Shown here piece by piece: positions 18,685 through 27,741 of a stretch of DNA of 64,000 nucleotides. The stretch spans positions 4,090 through 68,089 of IMG/VR virus record IMGVR_UViG_3300032335_000935; one strand, written 5' to 3'. The notes below the pieces were generated by a model. It was not told where the DNA came from. It made no database searches and was given only the letters and a program-made list of their open reading frames with translations. Every line of letters begins with the position of its first letter. Positions within the stretch are counted from its first letter, which is position 1. Position numbers and translations under genes: made by a program. Source of the stretch: a virus.

Positions 18685-20153
18685 CTTGAGCCTGTGTAGT
18701 TATAAAAAGTTGTCTTGGCAATTTGTTTCCAAGTTTGATGACGATCACCTTGATCAACTACTGTTACTGACATCCATGGCAAGCCATCGTTGGCGTGACC
18801 AGTAAAACCTTGTTTGGCAAACAACAACTCTGGCGGCCAGTGCTGTAAAAATTCTTCTCGCAACAGTGGTTTGTTCTGTCTAAGACTCCAGGGCAAATTC
18901 AGTGCAAACTGCATGACGTCGCGATGCATGAATGGGTTGCGAGACTCGCGACCCCAGGCTCCACTGAGTCTGTGCTGGCCCGGACTGTCACAGCCCACAA
19001 TCTGATACCAGTAATCCATGAGCAGTGTGGCTGGTTTGGGATCATCATGATACGCTGCCATACAACGTGGCCAGAGTCCAGCTGAGTCGTGCTGGCTGTA
19101 GGGGCTAGCACTGCCATCAGCGGTGAATTCTAGATCACGGTAAGCAGTGTATCCGCCAAACAGTTCGTCTGCGGCCAGACCAGTAAAAATTACCGGTGCT
19201 GATGCATGCTGGGCCACCAACCACTTGCCCACAAAACTCCAACTCTGAGCTGGCATTCTACTGTGTTCAATCAGTTCACGATAGGATCGGGCAAATCCCT
19301 CAGGATCGCAATCAACCACTGTGAGGCGTTCAAGCTGCTGCGCAGTGAGAAAATCTTGCACACGGTCTACAATGGGATCTTTGCCCAGCATGTTGGTGGC
19401 CACAAGACTGGCATCAGGCATCTGACTCAAGATTATGCTGCTGTCTACCCCACCTGAATAGCTGATGGCTGCTGCACATTGAGGTTGCATTTCACGCATC
19501 ACCCGCGGCCATAGCCACTGCCAGTGTTCACGGGCCTCACGCTCAGTGATGTTGGTGGGACAAATCCAACGCCAAATTGAGTCAATCTCACTCACCGCTT
19601 GGTGATTGTGATACAATTGACCCGGAGTCAGTCGTTCAATGTGTTGCCACGGGGTGTGCTCCAACAAGGTCCAGCCCTTGTTGGCATAGTCAATGTGTTG
19701 TGGCTCACAGTCAATCAGCGCCAAAATCACGGCTACTTCGCTGGCCACTATGGTCAGTCCTGGTTGTTGATAACGATAAAGGAAATGTTCGCCTTGTGGA
19801 TCTGTGGCGTACCAAACATGGTCTGAAGTGGCTCTAATCCAGGCCCAAGGTCCTGTGAAGTGTTGAAATTGCCGGGGGTCTTCACGGGCAGCACGCCAAG
19901 CCACTTCGGTGTCAGTGCTGGCTGGTCCAAAACTGCGCCAATTGTAGATTTCGCCATTGAACACAAAGGCATCGTCTCGGGCACTGTAGTAAAATTCTGT
20001 GGTTCCAGTGATGTGCAACACTGATTGAGCCAACCAGTACTGACCTTGCTGATGTGTAACAGTGAAGTCAGGGCCGCGACGTTGCAGTATTTCTAGGGCT
20101 GCTTGCTGACGTTCGGGTGCAACCGGACCGTCAATCAACAATATGCCACACAT
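18678..20153 (-). CDS. asparagine synthetase-like glutamine amidotransferase (class-II GATase N-term + PP-loop)
   Basis: MCGI N-terminal nucleophile Cys2, SYSGGVDSS PP-loop. Confidence 0.75.
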   Translation of the reverse strand: MCGILLIDGPVAPERQQAALEILQRRGPDFTVTHQQGQYWLAQSVLHITGTTEFYYSARDDAFVFNGEIYNWRSFGPASTDTEVAWRAAREDPRQFQHFTGPWAWIRATSDHVWYATDPQGEHFLYRYQQPGLTIVASEVAVILALIDCEPQHIDYANKGWTLLEHTPWQHIERLTPGQLYHNHQAVSEIDSIWRWICPTNITEREAREHWQWLWPRVMREMQPQCAAAISYSGGVDSSIILSQMPDASLVATNMLGKDPIVDRVQDFLTAQQLERLTVVDCDPEGFARSYRELIEHSRMPAQSWSFVGKWLVAQHASAPVIFTGLAADELFGGYTAYRDLEFTADGSASPYSQHDSAGLWPRCMAAYHDDPKPATLLMDYWYQIVGCDSPGQHRLSGAWGRESRNPFMHRDVMQFALNLPWSLRQNKPLLREEFLQHWPPELLFAKQGFTGHANDGLPWMSVTVVDQGDRHQTWKQIAKTTFYNYTGSSH

Positions 20154-21226
20154 TACCGGATGTGATCAATCACTTGTGGCAACCAAGCTGCAAACTCTGC
20201 GGGCCAACGTTGACTCATGTTTTCAAGCACTGCTTGATTGTTGCGAGCCGCAGTGAGACAACGATGTCGTAGTTCGGTGCGATCCATTTCGCTCAGGCGA
20301 GTAAATGTGTCTGCGCCTGAGAAGATCCACTCTACCAGCTTGTCACCATAGGCTGCGGTTTTATTTTCAGATATACTGTCATATCCATGGTTCACAATGT
20401 CACGCATGACATCAAATCCCAGACTTTCAAGATAGGCCACAGCGTGCTTGCCTGCATATAATTGCCATGGAGCCGGTGTTACCAGCGCACGGAATGTTTT
20501 TTCGCTTAGTGCAATGCTAGTGTCTGAACTGTAGGTTTCGGCCACCATGTTTACATAGGCCGACAGGTGTGCCTGTTCCATGTTCATATCATGATTACGG
20601 AATGGCATGTCGGGCAACAGTCGTTCAAATGTTTCTTGGTACACTTCTCGATACTGTGGTTCCAGGCCTTGATACACACGAGCAAAATTTTCACGCAGAC
20701 CTTCAGGAATAGAGTTGTCGCCTTCCCATGACCAGCAGTTGAAGTTGATGAAATCCAAGGTATCTCTGTCAGGATATTTTTCACTGCGCAAGGCCATTTC
20801 CAACATCAACAACAGACGTTTGCTGTCAATGCGATTCACTGAGAAGTTAAATCTGCGAGTGGGGTTGTAGTCAACAGCCCGGGGTTGATAGTTGTAGATA
20901 CCAAACCAAGAAGTAGGCAGTTGAATCACAGGATACAATGTAGGACTTGTGACAAAATTGTCGGTGATCACAGTGGTGTTGCGATCGAACCTATAGGCCA
21001 CAGGCGTGTCATAATCTGTAGTGGTAGAGATGTAGTCGTCCACCAAGCACACCACCACGGTTTTGTCGCCGCGACGCCAGGTCTTGTGTCCATCTTTCAC
21101 AGGCTCGTAGCCCAATTTCATCAGCATGCTGTGCAAAAAGTTCATGAGATTGTTTTCGTGCCAAATGCATTGACTGGCGTCAAATACTTCTGATGTGTAG
21201 ATTTCGTGGTAGAGGTCTTGGGTCAT
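20153..21226 (-). CDS. hypothetical protein (possible glycosyltransferase)
   Basis: stop/start overlap with downstream minus gene; SISENKTAAYGDKL weakly resembles motif of neighbours. Confidence 0.4.
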   Translation of the reverse strand: MTQDLYHEIYTSEVFDASQCIWHENNLMNFLHSMLMKLGYEPVKDGHKTWRRGDKTVVVCLVDDYISTTTDYDTPVAYRFDRNTTVITDNFVTSPTLYPVIQLPTSWFGIYNYQPRAVDYNPTRRFNFSVNRIDSKRLLLMLEMALRSEKYPDRDTLDFINFNCWSWEGDNSIPEGLRENFARVYQGLEPQYREVYQETFERLLPDMPFRNHDMNMEQAHLSAYVNMVAETYSSDTSIALSEKTFRALVTPAPWQLYAGKHAVAYLESLGFDVMRDIVNHGYDSISENKTAAYGDKLVEWIFSGADTFTRLSEMDRTELRHRCLTAARNNQAVLENMSQRWPAEFAAWLPQVIDHIR

Positions 21227-21253
21227 GCTGTTACTTATAGCCCTGGAATCTGG

Positions 21254-21282
21254 TTGACCAAAAAACCCCGATGCGTTATAAT
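21254..21282 (+). promoter_or_regulatory. sigma70-like promoter TTGACC-N17-TATAAT
   Basis: ttgacc 21254-21259, tataat 21277-21282. Confidence 0.6.
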
Positions 21283-21309
21283 TACAGTCTAATCACAAAG
21301 GAGCCTGCT

Positions 21310-21576
21310 ATGTCTACATCAAACATTCGTGTTGCAAACCTTGCACGAGCAAAGATTATCTATAATAAAAACAAAGAAACTTACAAAATCGTTATTGCAT
21401 TTAATGTATTTCCCCGAGAAAATGATCGTGGAGATATTGTATATCCATTTCCCACTCAAGCCAAATGCGATTTTGTTTCGGGAGATATTGCTTACGAAAC
21501 CATCGAAAATGATAAACTGCGTATTATCGAACGTGCAAAACAACAACTACGTACCGATAATATTGAATTTGTTTAA
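21310..21576 (+). CDS. hypothetical protein (AT-rich gene)
   Basis: RBS AAAGGAG upstream of ATG 21310. Confidence 0.35.
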   Translation: MSTSNIRVANLARAKIIYNKNKETYKIVIAFNVFPRENDRGDIVYPFPTQAKCDFVSGDIAYETIENDKLRIIERAKQQLRTDNIEFV

Positions 21577-21623
21577 TATTATGCAATAATACCCTGAATG
21601 TTGCAAGAATACAACACTAAAAA

Positions 21624-21646
21624 CCCCAGAAATCTGGGGTTTTTTG
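21624..21646 (+). terminator. intrinsic terminator (ccccagaaatctgggg + T-run)
   Basis: GC hairpin followed by tttttt. Confidence 0.7.
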
Positions 21647-21656
21647 TTGATTTTGG

Positions 21657-21685
21657 TTGACCAGAATTGCAAGATCGGTTATAAT
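21657..21685 (+). promoter_or_regulatory. sigma70-like promoter TTGACC-N17-TATAAT
   Basis: ttgacc 21657-21662, tataat 21680-21685. Confidence 0.6.
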
Positions 21686-21691
21686 ACTAGT

Positions 21692-22033
21692 ATGGAAATT
21701 AAAAAAGCCCCCCGCAAAAAACGTGCAGATCGCACTCACATCATTTACCAGATTGAGTCAGGCTCGGACTTCTACATTGGTGTCACTGCCAAGACTGAGT
21801 CAACTGTGCTCAAGAGTGTGAAGACTCGCATCAACAAGCACATCTATCGCTCGCGTACCGAAGACAAGAGCTGGGCACTGTACGAAGCAATTCGTGAGCG
21901 CGGCACTGGTGCTTTTCAGTTTCGTATCTTGGCTGTGGTGCGTGGCAAAACAGCGGCGCACACCATGGAACGTGCCATGATTCGTGAATGCCGTCCCAAT
22001 CTCAACACTGACGTGCGAGTGGCTCAGGCTTGA
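21692..22033 (+). CDS. GIY-YIG nuclease domain protein (stand-alone, 113 aa)
   Basis: [17 protein letters not shown] (GIY..YIG), downstream R, ERAMIRE (Glu) and N residues in expected order. Confidence 0.6.
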   Translation: MEIKKAPRKKRADRTHIIYQIESGSDFYIGVTAKTESTVLKSVKTRINKHIYRSRTEDKSWALYEAIRERGTGAFQFRILAVVRGKTAAHTMERAMIRECRPNLNTDVRVAQA

Positions 22034-22078
22034 CCCGTTATTGGCTGTGTGTTAAAATAAACACAACTAGGAACAATC

Positions 22079-22354
22079 ATGAGCACTGAATGCGAAATTG
22101 TACTCACTCCCCAGGGCGGGCGATATTACCGGGCTATGGCCTTTCACTGGGCTGTGGTCGCGGTGTGCATTGTGCCCGTGGTCGCGGCACTGCTTGTGGC
22201 TATCTTGAATCCGTTTTGGTTCCGATCCTCAATGTTTGATTGGGTGGAACGTGGAGTGAATCGCATCAGTCGCTGGCGCAACTATCGCAAATACGCCATT
22301 TATCTTGGCACTGATCCTGCCCTCTGGCATCAACTCAAAGGAGATCTGCAATGA
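22079..22354 (+). CDS. hypothetical small membrane protein
   Basis: hydrophobic core. Confidence 0.35.
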   Translation: MSTECEIVLTPQGGRYYRAMAFHWAVVAVCIVPVVAALLVAILNPFWFRSSMFDWVERGVNRISRWRNYRKYAIYLGTDPALWHQLKGDLQ

Positions 22355-22755
22355 CCATGCCCGCTGGAAAGTACTACATTGGTGACCTGTGCTATGTCAT
22401 GCATGACGCATGGGACGAATTCTGTCAGCTGACCATTGACGGTTATGCATGCAAGGACGGTGAGTTTGTTCTTGGGGACGGACGCCGTTTTGCAACTTTT
22501 GGCACGGCCTATGGCGACGGCACCTATCGTAGCAACATCGGCACTGAGCACTCAGTGGATGCTGGTTTGATTGGTTGCATCCGTGTGGAAGACATCCGCG
22601 ACACACAGTACGACAACATTGAAGACTTGGGTGCCATTGTAGAATTTGATGCGCCGTTTGAAGTGTCGGAAGATCAAGGTCTCATTGTGTTTGGGCATGT
22701 TCAAATTGAAACTGCCAACGAAGAATACGATTGTTTTGACGAGGTAACCGAATGA
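22351..22755 (+). CDS. hypothetical protein
   Basis: ORF track. Confidence 0.4.
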   Translation: MTMPAGKYYIGDLCYVMHDAWDEFCQLTIDGYACKDGEFVLGDGRRFATFGTAYGDGTYRSNIGTEHSVDAGLIGCIRVEDIRDTQYDNIEDLGAIVEFDAPFEVSEDQGLIVFGHVQIETANEEYDCFDEVTE

Positions 22756-22961
22756 ACGAACGAATTCGTGAACTCTTGAAGCAGGCAACCAAAGAAGTCG
22801 ATCCCCACGACCGAGTGTGGGTATTCTCCAAAGTCGATCAGGCAAAGTTCGCCGAGTTGATTGTGCGGGAATGTGTCGAACTGAACAAACAAGAGTTGGC
22901 ATTCAATGCGTTCGAACGGTTGCTAAACCGATACAAAGAACATTTCGGAGTTGAAGAATGA
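22752..22961 (+). CDS. hypothetical protein
   Basis: ORF track. Confidence 0.3.
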   Translation: MNERIRELLKQATKEVDPHDRVWVFSKVDQAKFAELIVRECVELNKQELAFNAFERLLNRYKEHFGVEE

Positions 22962-23179
22962 ACAAGCGTAAAATTACCACTCGGATTATATTTGATGGTG
23001 TTATAGATAATACCTTTACACAGATGCGACAAGTATACTCTGACGAAAAGGGTGAGTATGTAAATTGCAATCGCAATCGATATTACATTGAGAATGATAG
23101 TTTTGACATTGTTTATACTACAGGCAAAATGATTACTGGTAGCAATCTTATCAAAATGCTTTCAGGAGTTGAATTGTGA
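22958..23179 (+). CDS. hypothetical protein
   Basis: ORF track. Confidence 0.3.
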   Translation: MNKRKITTRIIFDGVIDNTFTQMRQVYSDEKGEYVNCNRNRYYIENDSFDIVYTTGKMITGSNLIKMLSGVEL

Positions 23180-23373
23180 CCAACGAACCAGCAGTAATTG
23201 GCTACACCTTGGAGCCCATACACGAAACACCGCGTGGATACATAACCACGCATGCATTCATTTTGTGTGCCAGTTGCGGCAGTGCCATTTCTGGTTCAGG
23301 CGGCCCCAGATACAATGCTGTGTGCCTAAAGTGTGTGGACAAGCTGGCGGTATTCAACAAGTTATCAAAATGA
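23176..23373 (+). CDS. hypothetical zinc-ribbon protein
   Basis: CASCG...CLKC paired CxxC. Confidence 0.35.
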   Translation: MTNEPAVIGYTLEPIHETPRGYITTHAFILCASCGSAISGSGGPRYNAVCLKCVDKLAVFNKLSK

Positions 23374-23479
23374 CGTACATAGCCAATTACAACAACACAA
23401 TTCGTTTGCCTTATGAACCAGGATTGTTGGAGTGGTTGCAGGAAAGATATCCACGTTCACGTTATAGGATTGTGACAGT

Positions 23480-23785
23480 ATGAACCGATTCAGGCCCCAA
23501 GATATCAGCCGTCGTTACTTTATGAAGCAACGACTAAAGACTGGTCGTGCAGAAAACTACAACTGGCAAACTCGTGTCAAATGGCATCCAGTGGGTTGGA
23601 AACCCAACCAAGTCAGCATTGCTCGCAGATTTGCACAGTTACACTATCTTGCTTGTCATGCTCCTGTGCCGGTGCAACGGCGCTGGCATCCAGCATATAA
23701 AAATCTTTGCCGTCGTCTTTTTGCTGATCAAGGTCGTGCAAGTGTGCGCTATCTCAACAAGTATACTTGCCACGCTTGGCTATAA
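23480..23785 (+). CDS. hypothetical protein
   Basis: ORF track. Confidence 0.3.
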   Translation: MNRFRPQDISRRYFMKQRLKTGRAENYNWQTRVKWHPVGWKPNQVSIARRFAQLHYLACHAPVPVQRRWHPAYKNLCRRLFADQGRASVRYLNKYTCHAWL

Positions 23786-23838
23786 AATTCACAGATGTTT
23801 GCAGAAATCATATAATAAGTGTTTTACAAGAGGCCTAT

Positions 23839-24234
23839 ATGGAATACCTACCAGTACTGGAATTGATTGATCGACTGTGCATTGCACGAGTCAAACACCG
23901 CAGAACCAACGGTGCCAACAGTGTGGAACGTGACTGGTACGAACGCCAGTACGAACAACTGCAAAGGCTGGTGTCGTCGGTTGAGGAATTGGAACACAAT
24001 GTGGCGGCCATGACTGCCATACACGAAGCTATCTGGGAACTGGAATGGCAGCTGAAATCCGGTGTAGAGGATCAGCTCAGCCTGGAAGAAATTGGTCGCA
24101 GAGCCATTCGAATCCGTGACTACAACAACAAACGCATTTCGTTCAAGAATTCAATTGCGGCCTTGGTAAACCGTGACCCAGTGCGTGAACTCAAAACTGA
24201 CCATCTCAGCGATGGCACAGTTGACACTAAATAA
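23839..24234 (+). CDS. hypothetical protein
   Basis: RBS AAGAGG before ATG 23839. Confidence 0.4.
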   Translation: MEYLPVLELIDRLCIARVKHRRTNGANSVERDWYERQYEQLQRLVSSVEELEHNVAAMTAIHEAIWELEWQLKSGVEDQLSLEEIGRRAIRIRDYNNKRISFKNSIAALVNRDPVRELKTDHLSDGTVDTK

Positions 24235-24258
24235 TTTTTCACGTACAATAGCGATATT

Positions 24259-24333
<75 letters not shown>

Positions 24334-24354
24334 CCATATTTTAGAGAGTGCATC

Positions 24355-24729
24355 ATGCAGATCACAGAAGATCAGTTTCGTTTTGAGTGGTTTTCGGGCA
24401 CCGGTAAAGGTGGTCAGCATCGCAACAAGCATCAAAATTGTTGCCGCTGTATCCACGAACCCACTGGTATATCTGCCAACGGCACCAATAGTCGCAGTCG
24501 TGAAGACAACCGACGTGCGGCCTACACTGTGTGTCGCAGCCGTGTGCAAGCACACTTTCATCGCGATCGTGAGCGATTCTTGGCCGGTACTGAACGCATA
24601 CGCACCTACCACGAAGCTGACAATCGTGTTACAGACCATGCGTCGGGGCTCATGGACAGCTGGTCCAACATCATGGTCAAAGGCAACTTAGATTCCATGA
24701 TCACGGCTCGTGCACAGGCCACAAGATAA
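24355..24729 (+). CDS. arfB: peptidyl-tRNA hydrolase, release-factor GGQ domain (ArfB/YaeJ-like)
   Basis: FSGTGKGGQHRNKHQN...HEPTGI...RSR pattern of class-I RF catalytic domain; 124 aa with basic C-terminal half. Confidence 0.75.
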   Translation: MQITEDQFRFEWFSGTGKGGQHRNKHQNCCRCIHEPTGISANGTNSRSREDNRRAAYTVCRSRVQAHFHRDRERFLAGTERIRTYHEADNRVTDHASGLMDSWSNIMVKGNLDSMITARAQATR

Positions 24730-24799
24730 ACCCAAACCGGCGTTGGTCTAATGGATAAGGCAACGGTCTTCTACACCGTACGATGTGGGTTCGATTCCT
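24727..24799 (+). tRNA. tRNA-Arg (anticodon TCT), CCA encoded
   Basis: acceptor ccggcgt/acgccgg, anticodon stem acggt/accgt loop ctTCTac, T-arm gtggg-ttcgatt-cctgc. Confidence 0.75.
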
Positions 24800-24808
24800 G
24801 CACGCCGG

Positions 24809-24899
24809 ACCAAACAAAGCGAGTGTGGTGGAATGGTATACACAGCAGACTTAAAATCTGCCGCTTAATTGATTGAGGGTTCAAGTCCCTCCACTCGTA
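24809..24899 (+). tRNA. tRNA-Leu (anticodon TAA), type II, CCA encoded
   Basis: anticodon stem gcaga/tctgc loop ctTAAaa, long variable arm, T-arm gaggg-ttcaagt-ccctc. Confidence 0.75.
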
Positions 24900-24915
24900 C
24901 CACTAAGGAAACATC

Positions 24916-25161
24916 ATGAACAAACCCTTAACTGTTGAATTTGCCCCGGGCGCTTTTGATCAATTTGAAGGCACCCAGGAAGAACTGGATGAGCTCATGC
25001 GTGAACTCACTACTATGTTTACTGAACTCACACCGGAAGAACTGGCTGCTCGTAGTCGCCCGCTCAGTGAGGCTGATTTTGATGAGTTGCCAGACTCGGT
25101 AAAACAGCAACTGGCCGCAGCCTTGGCCGACGAACCTAGCCCTGACCGGAATCTACAATGA
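24916..25161 (+). CDS. hypothetical acidic protein
   Basis: ORF track. Confidence 0.35.
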   Translation: MNKPLTVEFAPGAFDQFEGTQEELDELMRELTTMFTELTPEELAARSRPLSEADFDELPDSVKQQLAAALADEPSPDRNLQ

Positions 25162-25505
25162 CCCCAGAACTGCAAGCTCAAACTCCAGCACAGGGTGTGC
25201 TACAAATCAAGGACTGGGGACAGAGTCAGATGTATCGTGCAGTGTGTGAGTGCGGCGACACTGACTGTGATCATGTGATCGACGTGGAAGCAGATGATCA
25301 TTCGGTCACTGTTACCATCTACACAAGAACACGCACCAATTTTTGGAGTCGCACACGCTGGAGTCACTTGTGGCGTCTGCTGACTCAGGGCTACACCGAT
25401 TACGAAACCACAATTATGTTGCAGGAACAATCTGCCTTGAACTATGCAGAAACACTGAAAAAGGCTGTGCAAGATGTCCAAAATTTCAAGAAGACCAATA
25501 CGTAA
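25158..25505 (+). CDS. hypothetical protein
   Basis: ORF track. Confidence 0.35.
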   Translation: MTPELQAQTPAQGVLQIKDWGQSQMYRAVCECGDTDCDHVIDVEADDHSVTVTIYTRTRTNFWSRTRWSHLWRLLTQGYTDYETTIMLQEQSALNYAETLKKAVQDVQNFKKTNT

Positions 25506-26052
25506 TGCTTTTCGCAAAGAGTGTTTGGCCAAACAACTCGAAGAAGGCGAGACCACTCAACAACATGCGGACGAAATGACTGACTTGTTCAAGAGCTGGG
25601 AAGAACAAAAACTAGAAATGGAAGAGACCTCGGACTGGCAGGAAAACAACATGGAATATGATCTGCGCACCACTGACTGGATCTTGGAAAAAGCAAGGTC
25701 TAGTGAACTGTATGCTCAGCACCTCTATGCAGCCTTGTGCAACAATGACTTTCAAAAAAATGATGTCATGCCTATTCTAAAAAACAAAACCTGGGGTTGC
25801 AGCTGGCGCTATGCTGGCGGCGTCATTGCCGACATGCGTGAGTCAGGCGACTACATGGACTGGTACTGCTCGGGCATACGGGGTGACAAATTGAGCGACT
25901 CAGAGTTTGCTGATTTGACCAAGGACCAAAAAGTTGCGTATCTTGAATCTCAGGCCTATGTTTCAGAAAGCGTGGTCACAGACGAAATTCGTGCGGACCT
26001 ATTTCGTCTGGGCTGGCTGGTGGTTGACAGCGAGGAGTCAAGCCTGATATAA
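25474..26052 (+). CDS. hypothetical protein
   Basis: ORF track. Confidence 0.4.
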   Translation: MSKISRRPIRNAFRKECLAKQLEEGETTQQHADEMTDLFKSWEEQKLEMEETSDWQENNMEYDLRTTDWILEKARSSELYAQHLYAALCNNDFQKNDVMPILKNKTWGCSWRYAGGVIADMRESGDYMDWYCSGIRGDKLSDSEFADLTKDQKVAYLESQAYVSESVVTDEIRADLFRLGWLVVDSEESSLI

Positions 26053-26223
26053 TTGCACTAAATAAGTGCCAAGGAGGGGCAAGCCATGAAACAGCGCAAA
26101 CTGGTTCAAAAGGTGTATCGAGCTTGCTTTGACCATGACGCCGAAAGATTAGCCCAACTCCGTAAGAAAGAGTTTGCTAAGATCCAAAAACGCCGGGCCG
26201 AAGGAAAGCCGTTCAATACCCGA

Positions 26224-26313
26224 TGGACTTTGGTTAGGATTTAAAGGTTATTGCTGTATGAAGCCGAGAGAAAAGTGTTCTGGACGCGGGTTCGACTCCC
26301 GCCAGGTCCACCA
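26224..26313 (+). ncRNA. ssrA: tmRNA acceptor piece (T-arm + 3' acceptor strand + CCA) of a permuted two-piece tmRNA (tRNA-like)
   Basis: T-arm gcggg-ttcgact-cccgc then caggtcc-a-CCA; 3' strand pairs with gggcctg at 26558 giving G3:U70. Confidence 0.6.
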
Positions 26314-26322
26314 TAAGGAAGT

Positions 26323-26544
26323 TTGATGCAAGTATACGGATATTGGGATAAGAAAACTAGGTTCATATTTGGACCTGGCAACTTTGAAATGGATTCAGCC
26401 AAGAGTGATTTGACTCCGTTTTATACCCAACCTGTCTATGAAGGGCAAGAACCTTTTGCCTGTATCAAATCTGATGTAGGAATATTTCTACACTATCCAC
26501 AATATATTGGACAGTATGATTTAGTTCCTGTGTATCAGGGTTAA
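26323..26544 (+). CDS. hypothetical protein encoded in the tmRNA intervening segment
   Basis: 73-aa ORF between the two tmRNA pieces. Confidence 0.3.
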   Translation: MMQVYGYWDKKTRFIFGPGNFEMDSAKSDLTPFYTQPVYEGQEPFACIKSDVGIFLHYPQYIGQYDLVPVYQG

Positions 26545-26557
26545 GTTTTCTTATGAT

Positions 26558-26746
26558 GGGCCTGTCATGGTTTCGACAGGGCAAAGAGTAACAGAGTGGA
26601 CAGCACGTTAGATGACGAACGTTAATCGCATAAAACCTATAAACGCCAACGACGACGTTTACGCACTGGCTGCTTGAGCAGCCCGCTGAGGTAGGAATAC
26701 CGAGAAACAGAAACTTCCAAATAGGCTCTTCGGAGCCTATTTTTTC
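26558..26746 (+). ncRNA. ssrA: tmRNA coding piece: 5' acceptor strand/D-analog, tag reading frame ANDDVYALAA-stop (26645-26677), terminator
   Basis: gggcctgtcatggtttcgacaggg resembles tmRNA 5' consensus; gcc aac gac gac gtt tac gca ctg gct gct tga; ends at hairpin ggctcttcggagcc + T7. Confidence 0.7.
26724..26746 (+). terminator. intrinsic terminator
   Basis: ggctcttcggagcc hairpin + tattttttc. Confidence 0.7.
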
Positions 26747-26759
26747 AAACAGGGCTCAC

Positions 26760-27410
26760 ATGCTAGCTACCATAGCACTATTTTTGCATCAACCCAAATG
26801 CTCAGTACAGAGCGGCAACGGCATCATACAGGCCTTGAGTCCCTATTATCGATTCAAGATCTTTACCCGACAGGCTGTGGAAGACGACTTCTTTGACGAT
26901 GTAGATGTAGTGGCCGTGCCTGGTGGCATAGGCGACAGCGAAAGCTATCGCTATGTCATGAGCGAACATGAATCGAGCATACAACAGTTTGTCAAACAGG
27001 GTGGCAGATATCTTGGCATCTGCATGGGCGCATACTGGGCCGATCAAGAATATCTTGGTCTCACCACCGGAGTCCGTGCTGTGCAGTACATCACGCGACC
27101 CAACACTGACACTCGCAGGCCACATCCCAAGAACATCGCAGTGACTTGGCAGGGCCAGGCCACCAACATGTATTTTTACGATGGCTGCGCTTTGGTGGGT
27201 GACGAAACCACGTTTGACGTGGTGGCTCGCTACAGCAACGGTGACCCCATGGCCATCATACAGAACGGTGTGGGCTTGATTGGCTGTCATCCCGAAAGCC
27301 AACAGTTCTGGTATCAAGAGCACTCATGGATGCGCCCGCACTACCACCAAGGTCAGCATGCCACTCTGTTGTTGAACTTTGTTGATCAACTGTGTGGACG
27401 AGATCGCTGA
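26760..27410 (+). CDS. class-I glutamine amidotransferase-like fold protein (DJ-1/PfpI/BPL_N-like)
   Basis: VAVPGGIG ... LGICMGAYWAD nucleophile-elbow-like Cys. Confidence 0.45.
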   Translation: MLATIALFLHQPKCSVQSGNGIIQALSPYYRFKIFTRQAVEDDFFDDVDVVAVPGGIGDSESYRYVMSEHESSIQQFVKQGGRYLGICMGAYWADQEYLGLTTGVRAVQYITRPNTDTRRPHPKNIAVTWQGQATNMYFYDGCALVGDETTFDVVARYSNGDPMAIIQNGVGLIGCHPESQQFWYQEHSWMRPHYHQGQHATLLLNFVDQLCGRDR

Positions 27411-27741
27411 CACAGTTTGCCAAAATGCATTGCGGCTGCTGGGCAAATCATGTATAAATATATTACTACTGATATATCATGCTAGTATAGGTCGTTAAAC
27501 CAATATTATCCAGCCCCGACTTCTCCTGGACTGACCAGCCTGGATGCCGGGGCTTTCTCATGGCACGAATCAATTTGACAAATTCTCTGCGATCATGTAA
27601 CATCACTGCTAAGTATGTCTAGCAACGCCGGCAGGGGCCGACGTCGGATCAGAATCGACGCTTGAGGTAGTGAAACCTCTTTACCAGCATGATATGCCTG
27701 TAACGCCGACCGTGAGGAAATTTCCAAGCTAGCTTACCTTT

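Noticed and set aside
26224-26313. Interpreting the 26224 element as an ordinary type-II tRNA
   Set aside because: No anticodon arm or D-arm could be folded; its 3' acceptor strand pairs better (with G3:U70) with the tmRNA-like 5' end at 26558, so it is treated as the tmRNA acceptor piece
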